Part shown: positions 60,021 through 64,000 of the stretch, piece after piece
How the letters are laid out: every line of letters begins with the position of its first letter
Position numbering within the stretch: the first letter of the stretch is position 1
Assembly: GCA_965232515.1 (NCBI GenBank)
Contig: CBDDPY010000002.1
Coordinates: 4,704,001-4,768,000 of the forward strand
DNA: 64,000 bases
DNA from: Alphaproteobacteria bacterium
GTDB lineage: Bacteria > Pseudomonadota > Alphaproteobacteria > GCA-2731375
Direction: 5' to 3'
The notes under the pieces: model-generated
What the model was told of the DNA's origin: nothing
The model's database searches: none
What the model saw: only the letters and a program-made list of their open reading frames with translations
Position numbers and translations under genes: made by a program

Positions 60021-60357
60021 GATGCGGCTCTTAGGTTAGAATTGTTCAAATTTAGGGTATGTCACGCCAAGGTCCATGGCGCCAGATGTGACAATCGTCA
60101 CACTTTTCCCGCCCGTCCGGTAAAACCACCGTGAGGCGAGCGTCTGCGCGCGAACATCCCCCCTCTGGTCGACGGCCGCACTCAAGAGAATTTTAGGATC
60201 TCTAAACAAAATCATTTAGTTGTTTCGGGATAGAGACGTATACACTTTATTGGAATCGTTATAAAAATTCGGCGCGCTTGCCGAAGCACGGCCGTCGGCC
60301 GGGCCATGGGCGAGCGCCGTTCGAAGGATGCCACGGAGATTGGTCTGGGAGGCTCGG

Positions 60358-60951
60358 ATGGGCGAGATGACCTCGGGCGCCAGCGGCAAGGGATGGCATG
60401 CCGCCGGCAACTATCCGCCGTCATCGGCGGTCATTCATCGATCGAGCTGGTTCTCGCTCAAGGTCAATGGTCCGGGCTTCCACCTGATTCCCTGCTCGGC
60501 CGATCTGCGCATGCTGCTCTCCCGTTGGGAAGAGCGGCGCGGCGACCGGCTGATACCGTCGCTGGACAGTATGGATCCGGACGCCGCCGGCGCGCTCCGA
60601 CCGTTCGTCTATCTGGTCGACGTGAGCCTCGAGCCCTTCGACCTCGCCTATCGCTTCCTCGGCGCGGACATCGTCAGCCGCAGCCGAGGCGACTATACCG
60701 GTCAGCGCCTGCGCGACCTGCCGAGCCAGGCGCCGCCAAGCCAGATCTGGCGCCTTTACGAATCGGCGGTGGTTCACCAGAGCCCCCATGCGCTCTTCGT
60801 GCCCCTGATCGACCATCCGGCCTTGCACGTCGAAGTGCTGGCGATGCCGCTCTCCGGCAAGGATCACCGTGTCGGCAGGCTGATCGGCGCAATCTCCTTC
60901 GATCTGGTCCATCGGCCCTATGTTCAGGATCGCGCCACCGCCGCGCACTGA
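60358..60951 (+). CDS. stand-alone PAS-like protein (PAS_5/DUF1457-type)
   Basis: W...RG.RLIPS...MDP...LVDV...YRFLG...DYTG pattern; GGGAGG RBS. Confidence 0.7.
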   Translation: MGEMTSGASGKGWHAAGNYPPSSAVIHRSSWFSLKVNGPGFHLIPCSADLRMLLSRWEERRGDRLIPSLDSMDPDAAGALRPFVYLVDVSLEPFDLAYRFLGADIVSRSRGDYTGQRLRDLPSQAPPSQIWRLYESAVVHQSPHALFVPLIDHPALHVEVLAMPLSGKDHRVGRLIGAISFDLVHRPYVQDRATAAH

Positions 60952-61019
60952 TGCCAATGGTCGGGGGCCGGACGGCAAAGCCGCGAACGCGGGTCGGCAG
61001 GCCCATTGTCGAACGGTCG

Positions 61020-61955
61020 CTAACGCGCTTGCGCGAGCGGGGCCGGGGCCGAAGCCGACGTTTCGGCGCTGAGCAGGCTGCCCGTTTCGCGCCTGACCAG
61101 CTCGCCGAGATGGGACATGACGGCGCGGACCTTTGCCGTCTTGGTCAGGTCCTTGTGGGTCAGAAGCCAGAGATCCTCGGCATGGCTGACGACGTCGGGC
61201 AGGATATGTTCGAGGTCGCTCTGCGTCCTGGCCACGTAAGCGGGCAGGACGACCAGACCCAGTCCGCTCCGCCCCGCGGCCAGCAGCGCGGTCATGCTGT
61301 TGCAGAGCATGTTGATGTGCGCGACGCTGGCCAGTGGCTTGATGAGCTGACCGATACAGACGTCCTGGTCGGCGCCGGCCCAGGCGATGACCGAGTGGTC
61401 CTTCAGATCCGCGAGCCGTCCGGGCGTGCCGTTGGCGGCAAGGTAGGCGCTGCTGGCGAAGAGGCCGAAGTGAACCTTGCCGAAGCACTGGCCGATGGCG
61501 TCCTCCGACTCCGGATCCCCCACGTGCAGCGCGATGTCGCAATGCCCGCTCATGACGTCGAGCGCGTTGTTGCTCAGGATGATCTCGAGCTCGATGCGAG
61601 GGAACTCGCGCTTGAAGCCATTCAGACGCGGCACCAGCCAGTAGGTGCCCAGGCACTCGGCGGTCGAGAGCCGGACGCGCCCGCAGCGGCGCCCGTCGTG
61701 ACCGTTGACGCGGCGGACGATGTCGCCGACCGTCTTGTCCAGACCATGCGCCAGCTCGACGATGGTCTCCCCGGCGGGGGTCAGGCTGTAGCCCGCGTTC
61801 TCACGGTCGAACAGTCGGGCGTCCAGCCAGGTCTCGAGATCGCGGATGCGCCGTCCCACGGTCGGTTGCGTCACGCCAAGCTCCCGCGCGGCCGCGGAGA
61901 GTGATTTGCGTTCGACGACCGCCAGGAAATAACGGAAGCAGTCCCAATCCATCAT
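61020..61955 (-). CDS. LysR family regulator
   Basis: MDWDCFRYFLAVVERKSLSAAARELGVTQPTVGRRI. Confidence 0.93.
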   Translation of the reverse strand: MMDWDCFRYFLAVVERKSLSAAARELGVTQPTVGRRIRDLETWLDARLFDRENAGYSLTPAGETIVELAHGLDKTVGDIVRRVNGHDGRRCGRVRLSTAECLGTYWLVPRLNGFKREFPRIELEIILSNNALDVMSGHCDIALHVGDPESEDAIGQCFGKVHFGLFASSAYLAANGTPGRLADLKDHSVIAWAGADQDVCIGQLIKPLASVAHINMLCNSMTALLAAGRSGLGLVVLPAYVARTQSDLEHILPDVVSHAEDLWLLTHKDLTKTAKVRAVMSHLGELVRRETGSLLSAETSASAPAPLAQAR

Positions 61956-62204
61956 CCTCGAAATCTTCGATGTACTCGCCCTCGAATTGAACAGCAAAGA
62001 GTGTACGGGCTTGCTCCGCGTCCCGCCCTGAAAACTATTGAATAACGACCCTTCAGATTATTGGAGGAAACAGGCATGGCGCCACGATCTTTCCTTATCC
62101 GTTTTCTGTTGAGGCCTAACAGGAAATAGAGAATTCACGCGGTTTCTTGCCGGCCGTAGTCTTCCGGGCGATGGCTCCGATCGGAGTTCGGTCAGGGGGA
62201 TGCG

Positions 62205-62753
62205 ATGACCCGGAACGGATCAAAGGCGCTGCGCTGCGCCGCCGGCGGCATGGCGGTGGGATCGGCGGCGATGACGCCCGCCCAGATCGGCCTTGTCCAG
62301 GACAGCTTCGCCAGGCTCCGGCCCATTCAGGAGGCCACGGCGCAGCTCTTCTACCTGCGTCTGCTCGAGTGCGATCCGGGCCTGCAGAACCTCTTCCCCC
62401 GCGATCTCGAAACGCCGCACGGCGCCTTCATGGCGGCGCTCAGCGCCGCGGTCGACGGCTTGAACGACCTGGATTCGCTGCGTCCCGCGCTCCGCGACCT
62501 GGCGCTGCGCCACGTTCGTTATGGCGTCAGGCATGCGCACTACGCGAGCTTCGGCGAAGCAATGCTATGGACCCTCGAGATCGCCCTCGGCGACGGTTTC
62601 AACGCCCCGCTCAAGCAGGCCTGGACGGCGTTCCACCGGCTCTTGTTCTCCACCATGGTGGATGCCGCCGTCCGACATCAGGCCCGGACGCGGTCGCGGC
62701 CGTCTGGCCCGGTCCGCATCGTGTCCCGTGATGTGGCGAAAGAGCCTGTTTGA
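62205..62753 (+). CDS. single-domain globin (flavohaemoglobin/Vgb-like globin domain)
   Basis: MTPAQIGLVQDSF...FY..L...P....LF...LALRHVRYGV...HY..GEAMLWTL...AW; the globin domain begins at 62271. Confidence 0.88.
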   Translation: MTRNGSKALRCAAGGMAVGSAAMTPAQIGLVQDSFARLRPIQEATAQLFYLRLLECDPGLQNLFPRDLETPHGAFMAALSAAVDGLNDLDSLRPALRDLALRHVRYGVRHAHYASFGEAMLWTLEIALGDGFNAPLKQAWTAFHRLLFSTMVDAAVRHQARTRSRPSGPVRIVSRDVAKEPV

Positions 62754-63043
62754 GGACACCGTCGCCGTTCCGCTCCCTTGCCCGGCCACCCGATAAATGT
62801 ACCTCCCAGTGGCTGGCCGGGTGGGGGAGCGGGCTCTATGCCGCTCTGGTCGTGGCGCCCGACCCCGACCGGAAACGTCTCGTCAAGGCTGGGCTGCTTG
62901 CGGTGACGGGTGGAAAAGGCGGCCGTGCCAAGATCCATGCGGCCAACGAGTATCGGCGGCGCGTCCGATCATGCCACCGGACGGCCCGCCTTCGTCCAAC
63001 GATCTCTGGGTGGCCCGCCGCCCGAAGCCCGCGGGGCGAAGGG

Positions 63044-63119
63044 TGGTGGAGCCGAGGGGAATCGAACCCCTGACCTCGACATTGCGAACGTCGCGCTCTC
63101 CCAACTGAGCTACGGCCCC
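63044..63119 (-). tRNA. tRNA-Ala(CGC)
   Basis: 76 nt GGGGCCGTAGCTCAGTTGGGAGAGCG...TTCGCAA anticodon loop...GGTTCGATTCC...CCA. Confidence 0.97.
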
Positions 63120-63286
63120 ATACCGGGAAGTGCCGCGCCGGCGGCCTCGGCCGGCGCTGACCGGCAGCATGTACGGACTGCCGCGACGGCTGTCAAGCCC
63201 GGCCTCGCGGGCGCCGGGGTCGGTGCTTGCCATGCGCCGGCTTGGGCATTACATCTGAGCCCGCGCCGATTCTCGAAAGGGCCGCA

Positions 63287-63580
63287 ATGATCGCGTTGCT
63301 TGAACTGGTTGCCACCGTCATCCAACTCTATATGTGGCTGATCATCATCCAGGTGATCCTCAGCTGGTTGGTCGCCTTCAACGTGGTCAACACCTCGAAC
63401 CGCTTCATCTATCTGGTCGGCGATTTCCTCTATCGCGTGACCGAGCCGGCGCTGGGGCCGATCCGCCGCTTCCTGCCCAATCTCGGCGGCATCGACCTGT
63501 CGCCGCTGGTGCTGATCCTGCTGCTTGCGTTCGTCCAGAACCTGCTGCGCTACGATATTGGGCCGGCCCTTCTCAACTGA
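63287..63580 (+). CDS. yggT: YggT family membrane protein
   Basis: ILSWL..FNVVN...TEP.L.PIRR.LP.LGGIDLSP. Confidence 0.93.
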   Translation: MIALLELVATVIQLYMWLIIIQVILSWLVAFNVVNTSNRFIYLVGDFLYRVTEPALGPIRRFLPNLGGIDLSPLVLILLLAFVQNLLRYDIGPALLN

Positions 63581-63893
63581 CCTGACACCATTCCGGGCCG
63601 TCGCCGACGGCCTCGAGGTCGCCATCCGGCTGCAGCCGAAGGCGTCGGCGAACCGCATCGACGGTCTCGACGCAGGGCGCGGCCGCCTGCGCGTACGCGT
63701 CACCGCGGCGCCGGAGAAGGGCAAGGCCAACGCCGCGCTGGTCCGGCTGCTGGCGAAACGGCTCGGCCTGCCGCGAACCGGCCTGGAACTGGTCGCCGGC
63801 GGCAAAGACCGGGACAAGACCGTGCTGATACGACACGACGATCCCGCCGACCTTGCCCTGCGGCTGCGGGCGGCGCTCGGCAATATGGCATGA
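63558..63893 (+). CDS. DUF167 (YggU) family protein
   Basis: RLQPKAS...RVTAAPEKGKANAAL...G.KDRDK; start uncertain. Confidence 0.88.
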   Translation: MGRPFSTDLTPFRAVADGLEVAIRLQPKASANRIDGLDAGRGRLRVRVTAAPEKGKANAALVRLLAKRLGLPRTGLELVAGGKDRDKTVLIRHDDPADLALRLRAALGNMA

Positions 63894-63905
63894 AGGGAGG
63901 ATGCG

Positions 63906-64000
63906 ATGACGGCTGACATTATCGACGGCAAGGCGTTTGCTGCCGGCCTGCGGGCCCGGGTCGCGGTCCAGGTTGGCGACTGCCAAGCCCGGCATGGCCT
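63906..64000 (+). CDS. folD: methylenetetrahydrofolate dehydrogenase/cyclohydrolase (5' part, cut by the window end)
   Basis: MTADIIDGKAFAAGLRARVA N-terminus; yggT-yggU-folD synteny; GGGAGG RBS. Confidence 0.85.
   Translation, partial: MTADIIDGKAFAAGLRARVAVQVGDCQARHG

Noticed and set aside
58142-63043. att-type duplicate of the tRNA-Ala 3' end bounding an island
   Set aside because: No second copy of TGGTGGAGCCGAGGGG was found by eye

Overview
High-GC chromosomal window that looks alphaproteobacterial (inferred from gene content: PleC/DivJ-type kinase, CtrA-like boxes, alpha-type flagellin, yggT-yggU-folD). Most of it is core or accessory metabolism and transport: MFS-acyltransferase, ugpBAEC with a triple Pho box, nhaA, MscS, DAO/MlrC, a MacAB-like exporter, a hisC-like aminotransferase, Fnr, a Pat acetyltransferase, leuA and tRNA-Ala(CGC). 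Accessory parts are a 5'-truncated prophage tail-fibre/lysis remnant (about 2.5-7.5 kb), a compact ECF-sigma envelope locus with a repeated promoter motif (26.4-33.2 kb), a cell-surface cluster (flagellin, LpxR-like, two paralogous large FecR-domain proteins, PEP-CTERM), and a LysR/PAS/LysR/globin block beside the tRNA. The strongest non-coding signal is a c-di-GMP-I (GEMM) riboswitch directly upstream of flagellin that appears to carry U instead of C at the ligand-contacting position 92. Also notable are an orphan sigma54/CtrA-type promoter-terminator unit (candidate sRNA) between convergent genes and a Fur-like box between two divergent paralogous hypothetical genes. All calls were made by eye from motifs; no database searches were run and many start codons are uncertain.
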